A stretch of 64,000 bases of DNA from Albugo candida (Eukaryota), in assembly GCA_040437565.1 (NCBI GenBank), contig JBDOQK010000009.1, positions 248,001 to 312,000 of the forward strand, in the 5' to 3' direction. Each line of letters opens with the position of its first letter. The stretch's first letter is position 1. The translations under genes and the position numbers were made by a program. Shown here piece by piece: positions 51,868 through 62,766 of this stretch. The notes under the pieces were generated by a model that worked only from the letters and a program-made list of their open reading frames with translations, was not told the DNA's origin and ran no database searches.

Positions 51868-53169
51868 TCAAAGCAAAAAGGGTGTGAAGTTACTGCTACT
51901 TGGACTCGGCTTGTCTATGCAGGTGTGACCAAATTCAGAGGAAAATTTGTCAATGAATGAGTTTGCGTGTTTCATGGCCATACCCGAGAGAATATGGGCT
52001 AGATCAAAGCTGTCATTCTTTTTTTCATTCGTGCTGTTTTGAACTTTTCGGACGAAATGCTTCTCGAATGCACTCACAATACTTCCAGCATCCTGAGTAT
52101 GAAATGAGAGTTGAGCCACTTCTCCAATATCAATAAAAATGTTCTTCACATGTAATTCACTCAGTCGGGTCTTGATTCGATCAAGAATCTGATCAAAGTT
52201 CTTGGATGAAACAAGACCTACAAAATCGCCCATGGATAAATCTTTGCATCCAATTGCGCCCGGCGCACAGCTTAGTTGATCAATGTAGACGTCCATCAGC
52301 CCATGCACATTATTAACCAGCAGAGAAAAAGTACCCGTAATGTTTTTCGGTGAACAACGGAGCGGATGTGCTAGGGAAAGCAGACAAGGATGGCCAAAAC
52401 TCTTTTCTTTCTGTTCAATTTGCACTGTCACATTTCCAGAGATATTGATAGCTTGCATATCTTTGAAGCCTAGTCGAAGGTAATTCGTATCAAGGATCTG
52501 AATGTGTTCTGGTGACATAGAGGACAATCCGGTAACCTTTACCTCATGCGCTGTCATCGCAATCCCAAAAGTAGTTTTCATCAATTCTGTATCGAAAGCA
52601 TCGAAATTCTTCTCATGAATTTCAACAGTATCGAGACGTCTCAGAACGAACTGAATGAATGTGCGGTAATTATCAATCATCCCATTTATCGCATTGACTA
52701 CCTCTGCGTCGTCTTTCAAATTACGGTGCACACATTCTGTGCCCAGATTTGCTGCGTTGGTACCAGGGCTTGCGACGTTGGTAGTTGCATCAGAAGTATC
52801 AGCAGTCAAAGCTACTCCATTGGTGATATTTTCTCGGACGATGGGAGCATGAACGACTTGATTGCTGGAAGCTTCTCGGATGACAGGAGTGGTCTCGCCA
52901 TAGATTCCCTGAGTGTTTAGCGCTGGAGGATTCTCGGTAGGCATGACTTGATTGTTTGCAGTTGGAGGATCTTCGATAGACAAAACTTGACTTTTTGTAA
53001 CTGGGGCATTGAGAGAAGACGGATATTCACCCGGAGTATTGATCAGAGGTCGCTGAAGGTCCGTGCCATTTATTGAAGGATAACTGGGTACATCGGAATA
53101 GGCTGTTGATGTCAAAATTTGGAAGATTACGATCGCAACAAGAGAGCCGAGACCGTCGAATTTGGTCAT
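51868..53169 (-). CDS. Secreted protein with Pro/Thr-rich linker and six-Cys TULIP/Takeout-like domain (paralogue 1)
   Basis: Signal peptide MTKFDGLGSLVAIVIFQILTSTAYS. Short repeats QVLSIEDPPTANN/QVMPTENPPALNT. The domain aligns over its full length with 55820-56752. Confidence 0.8.
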   Translation of the reverse strand: MTKFDGLGSLVAIVIFQILTSTAYSDVPSYPSINGTDLQRPLINTPGEYPSSLNAPVTKSQVLSIEDPPTANNQVMPTENPPALNTQGIYGETTPVIREASSNQVVHAPIVRENITNGVALTADTSDATTNVASPGTNAANLGTECVHRNLKDDAEVVNAINGMIDNYRTFIQFVLRRLDTVEIHEKNFDAFDTELMKTTFGIAMTAHEVKVTGLSSMSPEHIQILDTNYLRLGFKDMQAINISGNVTVQIEQKEKSFGHPCLLSLAHPLRCSPKNITGTFSLLVNNVHGLMDVYIDQLSCAPGAIGCKDLSMGDFVGLVSSKNFDQILDRIKTRLSELHVKNIFIDIGEVAQLSFHTQDAGSIVSAFEKHFVRKVQNSTNEKKNDSFDLAHILSGMAMKHANSFIDKFSSEFGHTCIDKPSPSSSNFTPFLL

Positions 53170-53375
53170 GGAGACTTGTGTTTTTCTGGGTTATACAATT
53201 GGATAATGAATCTGAAAGGAAGATTACGACTTACGATAAGACGAACAGAGAACGATTGTTTTGTAGTAACAAGGGCACGCTTGAGTCCAGTTATCTGCGA
53301 TCGTCATGTTGTCACGAAAAACGACTTCTTGTGCACCTTTTTTTAAGGATGAAGTAGGATATCCTGAACCAAGGT

Positions 53376-54054
53376 ATGACTTCTATTCGGTCATCACATG
53401 ATGCTACGCGATACTCGATTCCCTCTGGCGATTTCGCAAAGTATCTGATCGGTCACTGGAAGAGGAATCTCGACTGGCGACACTTTGGAGGCTCCTTCAA
53501 GCATCTTCGAGTGACGAATAATGTTGTGCTAATCGAAGAGGATGATGACGCAGCAGCACAACCTTCCACAAAGTAAGATTTTACAGCAGCGGAAAAACAG
53601 CGTAGTGATCGAATATGCAGATTTCTTCGCTGGTCTTATGGAAAGACATGCAAGCTACAAGACCTGACCGCTGCATATTCCATTCAAGTATGTAGCTCAT
53701 ATATTTGGATTATCACCATATTGAATGTCGATATAGTTCCTCCCATCAGATGAGTGTACCTTCATGGAATGGTCTTTTGAGGGTGTGAAATGCCATGGCG
53801 TGTTTACTAACGCTTCTAATGTCGCCACACTCAATTTCTGCTTACCAACCGCCATGGTCACGATAACGTATCGCGTTTTGGACCGAGACAGTACGCGATA
53901 GATATTCTACCCCCTTTTTTCACTCATGCATTTATTCATAGCAATGGCTGTCTGTATTGTCGATGTTGATAATGATCATACGCCCACAATACAATTTGGC
54001 CACATGTATCGTATCGACCCAGAAAAGTATAGAAGCGACGATTATGAAATGTGA
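53376..54054 (+). CDS. Four-exon calycin-like (lipocalin/FABP/nitrobindin-type) beta-barrel protein
   Basis: Exons ~53376-53572, 53621-53687, 53737-53891 and 53942-54054 splice in frame through three GT-AG introns. N-terminal LIGHWKR (GxW), alternating beta-strand pattern, C-terminal GHMYRI. Confidence 0.75.
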
Positions 54055-55819
54055 TTATATCATTTCAATATATATAAATGCTTTGTTGACTCTAGTAAGG
54101 ACACCAAGAAGATGGCACGTATTTCATAGGAGCTATTGATCAACTATCATGATCACATCAGGCGTGCACTCCCTTAACGGAAGATAACAATCCATACTGC
54201 TGATCATAATATCACATAAATGGCCACGAACAGAGTTGACTACGCCGATGTCATCTACACCCTGGAATGTCGATTTTTGGTCAAGTAATTACTCCCAGAA
54301 TTGCAACCAGTGGACCGATCTAATGGCTGAGACGACATCGCGATAACATGCTCCTTTCCAACATTTACACCGAGGCTGACGCGTTTCTTCCTTCAAGAGA
54401 AATAAACGAATCGAAGCATAACATTGTAGAATGTACCAGAACGATGGTAGCCACTTCCAATCGGCAAATATGCAAAGCAAACATACGGCGCCTCTACATG
54501 AAGTCCTTATTGTCGCATGCTAAGTATATGACCGTCGGGCAAACCACGCAGAAAGGATTTCGAGGTGCCTGGCTGGCAAAATGTAATACTTCCTGTCCTG
54601 GGAGGTGCTCTAGATGCGTAATATGAAAGCGTTAGCACAGACTTGACGTACACTCAAACGCGATGAGCAATTAAAGCAGTAGTTGACATGTGCAGTCATA
54701 TCAAACTTGCTCTTACAGACGTGAGCATCGAGGAAGCACTACTTCGTTGTCGCCTTTATCTTCGACTGATAAGAGACGCATGAATTGGTATTGACTGGTC
54801 GCAACAAGTAATAGCAGCAAGCATGTTTACGTTTCGTTGAGCAAGCAGTAGCAAAGAAATCAAAGCAATGACTTGATTCAGTAGTGCAACCGACCTCACC
54901 TGATAGCAAATCATTTGTCGGTTTGGACAACCATCATCATTTAGTCGAGGATGGTTGTGTGCACTTTGACTGCAAAATGTTCATGAGCGTACGCTTGTGA
55001 GATTGGATAGTGGGGAGCTGGGAACTATATTGCGAGTTTGGCAAAAAACACGACATTGTAGGGGAAGCTTCAACGATTCACAGCGCATTATTGCGCGATT
55101 CAAGAGAGTAGAGCTTCTATAAAGAGTGAAAAATGCTCCAGCTTTGCTCACGATGGTTGTTTCATCCTGAGCTCGACTGAAGACAATATACGGGTAAATC
55201 CAATCGGCTTCCATTAGCAAATGCAAATTTCAATATAGGGGGATTGTCTGACTATAGTGTTCGATATGAAGAATCAATACCAGGAGAAGCGTCTACTTCA
55301 ACCGGCTCTAAGTAGTAAAACTATCGAATTGGCCACATTGCTGAAACAGCAGAGCCACGCAGCAATATTATAATGGCGCTGAGAATTTTTACTATCGTGA
55401 ACTTCCCGTCATGTGACAGAATATCACAAAAGCAAACGTAAAATCTATTATACCGCAAGCAAATCCGATCCGATCTACCGTCAGTCACATTACAGAGAGT
55501 CGATATTCGAGCGGTTGTTACGAGGCCACACCACAATCCGACACCCCAAGGATGTTGTTCGAACACTTGATTTTCGGGTAAGACCTTGCGATGAAATCCA
55601 GTTCAAAGCTTACTAATCTTCAAGACAAACCTCACAATTGATCAATCTTAAGCCCCATTCCTCACATCTTGTCACGTTGTGATCCACAAAAGTCTTCCAG
55701 TACAACTTTCCTATTTGAGTTTAGAAACATGTACTACTTCTACACAAAGTACGACTCGATACATGCAGGCCTCACAAATCTTCATTTCTATTTCAGTCAG
55801 CTTAACGAGTGCCATCATA

Positions 55820-56752
55820 ATGCGTCTCGCTTACCTTGCCGTAGCATACAGCTCCACAACAATTACTCACGGCTTTCTCGTACCCACCATACATCCACAA
55901 TGCGCCCCTCACTACTTCACCGACGATGTAGCCTCCATCGATTTCTTAAATAAAATGATCAGCGTGTCACAAGCTCACATTGAGACGCTATTGGCGCCAG
56001 TGGACCCTCTCCACATCGGGAATCAAAATCTTGGACCAAGTAATTTTGAGACACTTGGATCGGAACTTCTGGTGGCAACGCTTCTGACTAATTTGTCAAT
56101 TACAGGTCTCTCATCCGTTATTCTTGCACCGATCGAAGTTCAGGATCCACTCAGAATCAAAATTAACGCTTCATTTGCAAAGCCGATTGGCGTTAGCGGG
56201 ACGGCGTTGATCAATGTGACCACTTTGACAAGAAAGCCGTTCCGACCGTGTGTCTTGAGTATCCTCCACCCCTTCAAATGTCCGCCAAAAATCTTGGAAT
56301 TCGATTTCAACATTCAAATTTCACAGATTACCGTCAGCGCGATGTTGTACGCGGAGTGGCTTAAATGTCCTGCAAACGCAGCAAGCCCGTGCTCGGATCT
56401 TTCGCTCAGTGATCTCATGGGCCTTGTCAACCCAGCGGCACTCCCTAATATAATGAATCGCATTAAATCCCGAATGATTCAAGCAAATGTGAGTCAACTC
56501 AGTGTCAATTTCGATCGACTGGACAATTTGACCTATCGTCCCCATGATTCAAGCGCCGTGTCCACATACTTTCTGACCAAGGCCTTGAAGGCGTTCCAAA
56601 AGCGACTGAATAAGAAAGAGAAACTTTACGTCAAAGTGAAAAATACGATTGATGATGGAGGAATGCAAGCAGCGAATGCTTTTATTGAAGGTATGTCGAG
56701 TGAATTCGGACGCAGCTGTGTAGACGCACAGCCAGCATTTACACCTCAATAA
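55820..56752 (+). CDS. Secreted six-Cys TULIP/Takeout-like protein (paralogue 2)
   Basis: Signal-like MRLAYLAVAYSSTTITHG. Motifs VDPLHI...LTNLSITGLSS, PCVLSILHPFKCPPK and EFGRSCVD. Confidence 0.8.
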   Translation: MRLAYLAVAYSSTTITHGFLVPTIHPQCAPHYFTDDVASIDFLNKMISVSQAHIETLLAPVDPLHIGNQNLGPSNFETLGSELLVATLLTNLSITGLSSVILAPIEVQDPLRIKINASFAKPIGVSGTALINVTTLTRKPFRPCVLSILHPFKCPPKILEFDFNIQISQITVSAMLYAEWLKCPANAASPCSDLSLSDLMGLVNPAALPNIMNRIKSRMIQANVSQLSVNFDRLDNLTYRPHDSSAVSTYFLTKALKAFQKRLNKKEKLYVKVKNTIDDGGMQAANAFIEGMSSEFGRSCVDAQPAFTPQ

Positions 56753-56997
56753 GAAAGATAATGCCAAACTTATATTTCCACCTCTTGTTTGATACTCTCA
56801 GACTACTGATCGATGCTTGAGCAATTGATACTGCGAATCTCCATTATAAACGCAATGCATAGGTTAGGCCTCATTGACTACGACTTGAGTAGCACCAATA
56901 TCGAGGCATTGGCCGATTAGGTATGCTTTACTGATCCGTACACATTCATTTTGTTTCAAGTGATTTGATAGCTTTTGATCCGAGAAACGGCTTTCTA

Positions 56998-58004
56998 TTA
57001 GTCTTCTCCGGCTGTATATTTCCTTGTATTTTCAAGTATGTGTAAACGGCGCTCGAAGCCTTCCAACCTATCGTGCAACGCGGTCGATATTTGAGTTAAT
57101 TGGCATTTTAGATCAAGAATGGCCTACATCATCGTAATAGAAGGGAATCAATAATGAACTCGTGCAATCAAGTTCACCATGCGCACCTCAAACACATCAG
57201 AATCAACCACACCTTCTTGAGTTCTTTTTTTGTGTACGGTTGACTTGGACGGAATTTTAAAGGATGAGCACGGGCCGTTATTCTCTTTGTAAGTTGTATT
57301 CGTTTGGCTATTTCCATGACCAAAAGCACCACGACGCTCGCCGTTGTTCGGTACTTTTCGATTTTCGATCATTTGATTCACACTCTTTGTATTTGCTGTG
57401 TATAAATGATTATCCACGTAAACGCCGTTCAGAGATCCTCTACATTCCGGCACTCATGAGATCAAAACGCATGACGCCAATGATGCAATTACCTATTCAC
57501 ATTGGTCCATTTCGCCTCATTTCGAGAATTTGCGTCCTGCATTTCTTCGTGTTTGATTTTTATTATTGTCAATATATCTCCAACAAGCTCCAGTTTTTTC
57601 AGCAAAAACGAGTTCGATACAAACTGTGAAACGGTAAGCGATGGGAAGAATTGGCACTCATTTCGTAAGAAGCGAAAGCAGCTTCCAAGGAATCTTGCGT
57701 CTGATTTCCCGCGTAATTCATACTAACGCATATAGCTCGTCAGACAGAGCAAGAAAGCAAAATAATGCCCACTTTCGTTGTCGTGAGAAGATTTGTCACG
57801 TAGAAAGAGTAATCCAAGAATCCATAATGTAAGCACTGCAAAAGATCCTGAATATTTCCACTTTCCACTCTACCATCCAAGCCATGTCGTTTAAGATACA
57901 GTCAAACACCTTTTTTGTCTTTACCTGACAGAATACCATTTCGGATACAGCATTTTCCGCAAAAGCTTCCTCAGTCGCGTCGCATAGTGGCGCAAATCCG
58001 TCAT
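56998..58004 (-). CDS. CEP44: Centrosomal protein CEP44, 5 exons (not visible in the ORF track)
   Basis: Spliced translation MTDLRHYATRLRKLLRKMLYP...SGNIQDLLQCLHYGFLDYSFYVTNLL...YELRGKSDARFLGSCFRFLRNECQFFPSLTVSQF.SNSFLLKKLELVGDILTIIKIKHEEM matches the CEP44 N-terminal domain. A short coiled coil ends the protein. Confidence 0.85.
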
Positions 58005-58277
58005 TTCGATTCTTTATAAAAAACCAAAAGTATGACTGGTGGATTCCGACTGTGTGGTTGGTTAAGGGCTGTTCTTGGTACAAAATCAAGACGCTACGCC
58101 TGAACACATATTGATGGTATTTTGTCGAAATACCGCAGTTTCGTGGTCACGATAGACTGTATAGAAATTGGTGATTACTGATGAACGAAAAGCTCACGTA
58201 AAGTCACATTTATTTATAAGTCTCATAAAGTGGATCATTGGGTCTCCGGTCAAAGCAGCACTGGTAACTAGCTGTCT

Positions 58278-59602
58278 ATGCTTCCAATGAATGCAAGTCC
58301 TACAACGATCTCGACCAAATCAAATCGAGACGAGTCTCCTGTTCTATCTATTTATGATAAACAAATCGCATGGAAACAACACCATCAACGAAAAGTAAGT
58401 TTATCATTGGCCTCTGGCGTCAATGTGACCGCTTGTTCTCAGAATGTTGAAAAAGGGAAGGCACAAATGAGTGAAGAGGAGCGTGCTTGCACGTTTTCGC
58501 CCAAGGTTTGATGGGTTTTGAGCTCAGGATCCAGTGTAATTGATCACTATTTTGCATCCCTTATCCTTAGACGAATCATCGGAGACTTTACGAGCATCAA
58601 GGTGTAAGAGCATCAGAACGAACCGAGAAAGCTTCAAAACAAGAGAATGGTATCCTCAAGAATCTTCGAGCACCATCGGATGCCAGCACGACCGCTCTTG
58701 AAAACGTTTGTGTCGATTGCAGCGGGAGCCAGATCGCAACGGAAAAATGCGCGAAAGAGCCACCACTTCTAATACCAACAGAAACACAGGCGGTATCGAT
58801 CCAAAGACATCTAGTACGACAGGAACGGGCACGAGACTTTGCCCGCCAAGCAGTAAGAAAGTAAGACGTATCTTGACAAGTGCTTGCGTGAGAAGCTCAA
58901 TGTATCGCTCTGTAGGCTGTATGCTACTAGAATTGCCAAGAAGTCTCAGAAACCAGATGAGTCGATACTTTTTGACGACCAGTACAAAACACAAAATGTG
59001 AGTTATGATCTCTATCGCGTAGTGTTGTGTCTAAGTGTCAAAACTCATGAATAGCGTCAAAAACGTTCTGCAAGCGAGCCACCAAAAGGAGAGCGACTTT
59101 TATATACAACAATGTACACCCATCCATCATCCGATGTCGAAGATACCTCTCGCACTTTAGAACCAGAAAGCAAGGGATTTGATCGTATTGAGCCCAGCCC
59201 AAAATACATCAATCAACCATCAAATTCCGAACGTCGTTCGGAGTGTCGCAGTTTTGGGTTCGTTCTCTACCATTTATATTCTCTCTAAATGCTGAAGCTT
59301 GCAGTAGTAGCGAGATTTCGAGAATGCTTGCAATAATTGAAAAACAGCGACAAGAGCTCGATCAACGTGAAGAAGCACGGCAACAGGCCGTTAAACTTGC
59401 GGATAAGTTTGCAGATGCAATCCGACAATTTGAAAACCGATTGCACTTTATTGAGACAAAAACAGCTAACGATCTGAGCGATATCAGGCAATTGTTACAA
59501 CGGCAAGCGTCAGTGTCGGAGCAGATATTACTTTCATTGAATTTACCTTCTAGACCTTCACATTTTGCTGAAGAATCAGTGATATTGCCGAGTAAGCGGT
59601 AA
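58278..59602 (+). CDS. Six-exon hypothetical coiled-coil protein with a CTFxP motif
   Basis: Five GT-AG introns keep the frame: SIYDKQIAWKQ, EEERACTFSPK/TN, IQRHLVRQERAR and a C-terminal heptad region (59243-59602). Confidence 0.75.
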
Positions 59603-60607
59603 CAAGTCTTTATTGCTTTGTTGGAACTATCGCTCGGATTCGGATGGTGTTTTGCCAATTTTGTTTGTCTAGAATCGCGCAGTTAACCTTTTTTGCCAAT
59701 AGAAGACGCATTCCTTGGTGACACCGCTGCGTATTCTGGCCGACCTTGCTCCTACATTACGAAACAATTGAAGACAACTTTGAATCAGATCCCGGTGCTA
59801 GACATGAAGTTCCTGGCGAGCGGCTCTATCGCTTGGATTTAGAGAGAGCCTACTACGACATATGATCTCATGCCACAAGCGTCTCTTTGAGTCATCACAA
59901 TGTGCCACAGGTCTTGCAACTTCAAATTCAAAGGGCTAATTAATAGGCTCTCCGTGCTTCAAGACATCTGTGAATTTCGATCACGACGATTCACCACGTA
60001 TTGATTGACATCTTGCAGAGTCTGTCTGAGTTGCCGATTCGCGAGGTCTGTATAGCGAGCTTTAACCAAGATTCCTACCCATAAATTTCGAGAAAGCAGG
60101 CGATTGTTTCGAATTTGTCATCTGTTTCAATTCTATAATTTTATGGAAGATCAAGATATTATGCAAGTGTGGCCGCAGAACTAGACTAGCAGCTTCTAAT
60201 ACATCTCAAAAGTCGTACCTCGGATAGAATAAGCTGGCCCTAATAGTTTGTGTCCAGGTAGTTCTGTACAAAGCTTATTCGTATCTGTATATAAATTTTG
60301 ATGCAATAATCGTTCTAAAGAGGAAGAAGAGCTCGATACGCGTCTGATTGGTTTCGGAAAACATTCACTCTCGAGATATATTTGTTTGAGACAGGTGGAA
60401 GCGCAGAGAATTACAAATCGAGAAGCTCAACGAATTACGTGGCGAGAGACTCAAATGCAGCGTCATTCGAATTAGAATAAACACGACGTAACAACGGTTT
60501 CTTTCTGCAAAACAAAGCGAGCGATCAACGATGTAATTCACAACAGCAGATCTGCCATTATCGTTTTTCCTGCCTAGTCAACAAAAGTCGACACGTGTTC
60601 CAGCTTC

Positions 60608-61000
60608 ATGCAGACTCGATCCATCCTATCTCTGCTAGTTTGCGTCTCTCTCATAACGTCGCTATTTGCATCGAGTAAGAATGCACCAGGTATGCTTTTC
60701 GTCAAAAAAACAAGCTTACATCTAACCCCACTTACATGCATAGTGACCTATCCGGACGAATCAGATACATCAGACACAGGTAATGGCTCTTCATTGCTTC
60801 ATCCAAGGTGGCTCTTCTAAACAAAAGTATGTACAGCAACATCAAGCTCAATCGTTCCAGCTGTAGCTGATCCTACCATCCAAGCGCTGAATGCAGCTAG
60901 GGAGAAAAATACAAAGGAGACCTCATTTTGGGCACAGAATATCAAACATAAACCAGTGGCAATGAATGAAAGAAAACGCAAGCCAGATTCACAGTCTTGA
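60608..61000 (+). CDS. Candidate small secreted protein (~93 aa), 3 exons
   Basis: Signal peptide MQTRSILSLLVCVSLITSLFA. Introns 60690-60743 and 60780-60836 (GT..CTAA(A)C..AG) keep the frame. The protein ends MNERKRKPDSQS. Confidence 0.65.
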
Positions 61001-62766
61001 TTATTAGCAAAAGTTCGCGTTGGTAGAGCAAGGCACACTTCCGCCGAAGCATTTAGCTCTTTCGGTCACACATAGTGAATATACGTATTTTGGAACCGAT
61101 TATTCCCTTCTAGTCGCACGTTATCGTATTCTCTCGCAGCATCCAATCCTTGTTGAAAATGTCCTTGTTACTAGAACTAAAGTAGGTCACTTCGGGCTCA
61201 CTTGAATAATATATGTACATATAGAAACGTTTCATAAAAAACCCGTGAGGGTTAAGAATATGTCTTCGCCGATAGGCCCTTTATTGAGGGGGCATCATGT
61301 ATCCACAATACGAGACTGTGTCCAGGTTGTAATAAATAATAAATAATGTCCAAAGCCCCGTATTCTTCAAATTGATGTCTGGCAAACTAGGCTGGACATT
61401 GCTATCCAACTAGGACTAGGATCGGAGTTGCGCCTGCAATTCTGCTGAGTACGCTTGTCACTACGAAGCCTGAGGCCCAAACGTGAAAGAAATAGAGGAT
61501 GCGTCAATAGAGCTTTTCAAGCTTGAAGAGAATTTAACCGAGTATGAATCTTTACACGTCGGCGAAAGTATGCCGTACACGATCCAAACGAAAGCGAAGC
61601 CTATGGTGATACTATCTGTGTTGCAGGCATCTTCACTAGAGCACTTACCAAAAGGTGATCACGGAAATGTGCGGAATAGTGGAATTTGCCGATCGCTGCT
61701 CGAATTAGCAATATTTCTGACTGGTCCTGACGAATTGAAGCGCCACTTCCTGCAATGCCACCCATAAGTCAGACGAAATTCTTCGATAGCCTTTCCAGTC
61801 CTACCGCATCGTTCTCACAATAGCATACCATTCGTAATGGCTGTTTGGATTCAGAAAACACGCCGTCGAATGGCTAAATTCATAACTATACAACAGTGCT
61901 TGTAGGTATTCAATAAATGCAAATTCTGACCCTTTTTTTACGGAAAAAATCTAACACTCGCGTGCTTGAGGCTTGTAAAGATTTAATGGTTGAGACAGTG
62001 AGGCGCACTGGAAAATTCAGAATGTAGTCCAGAATGCACAGCCTAAAATGCGATGTAGAATCGTTCGCTCAAAGAAGCTGCTGAGTATCGATTGAGGCGA
62101 AAGTTCTACAAAGACCACGTGTGAATTGGTAAGAGAGCTCTCTAAAAGCATGAAGTTAAGAGAATGAGAACAATCACCATCAATACTGCTCCTCAAACAT
62201 AGTGACAAGGATTGTAATAGTCTATGCAAACAGACTGGGATTTGCGGCAATATGCTTCATGCATTCTACATTGAGGCCATCAGCTTCTACCAGCACATAC
62301 AGCGTAGAATCGCATCCATTCCAGCGTCAACGAAAAGCTTTGGCTTAATAGAATGTCGATTAACTTCAAGTGCGTCTATCAATCCGACATAAAAGATTAG
62401 TCGTGCACCGTGAAAGATGTACTTGTCCTCGAACCTAGAAATATCCAGACCTATCTCACGTTATAAAATCATTTATTAGTCTTCCTTGTTTAAAAAGCTC
62501 TATCAAACAAAAACTAATGTGGGCTCCATAATCTTCTCAGCTTTGTGAAGTCAGCGGTAACTTTGAGTTAGACAGAAAGTATCTGATGGTTTGTTAGGTT
62601 TGTTGCTTGTACTTGCCTCAATTCCAGTCTGTAGTAACAAAATGGTAACGATTACACAAAGCAGTCACCTCCCACTTTGTAACAGGATGGAATTTATGTC
62701 AGGTGCAAGGCGTGCGTGTCAAATAAAAAACGAAAGGGGTCGTATTGCGCCGCATCTAGTGACCCA

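Noticed and set aside
54100-55650. Intron-like signals and short ORFs between the calycin-like gene and secreted paralogue 2
   Set aside because: I could not assemble a consistent reading frame or recognise a family.
61483-61900. Possible non-LTR retrotransposon C-terminal zinc-finger relic
   Set aside because: The resemblance is too weak, and no RT or endonuclease motifs are nearby.
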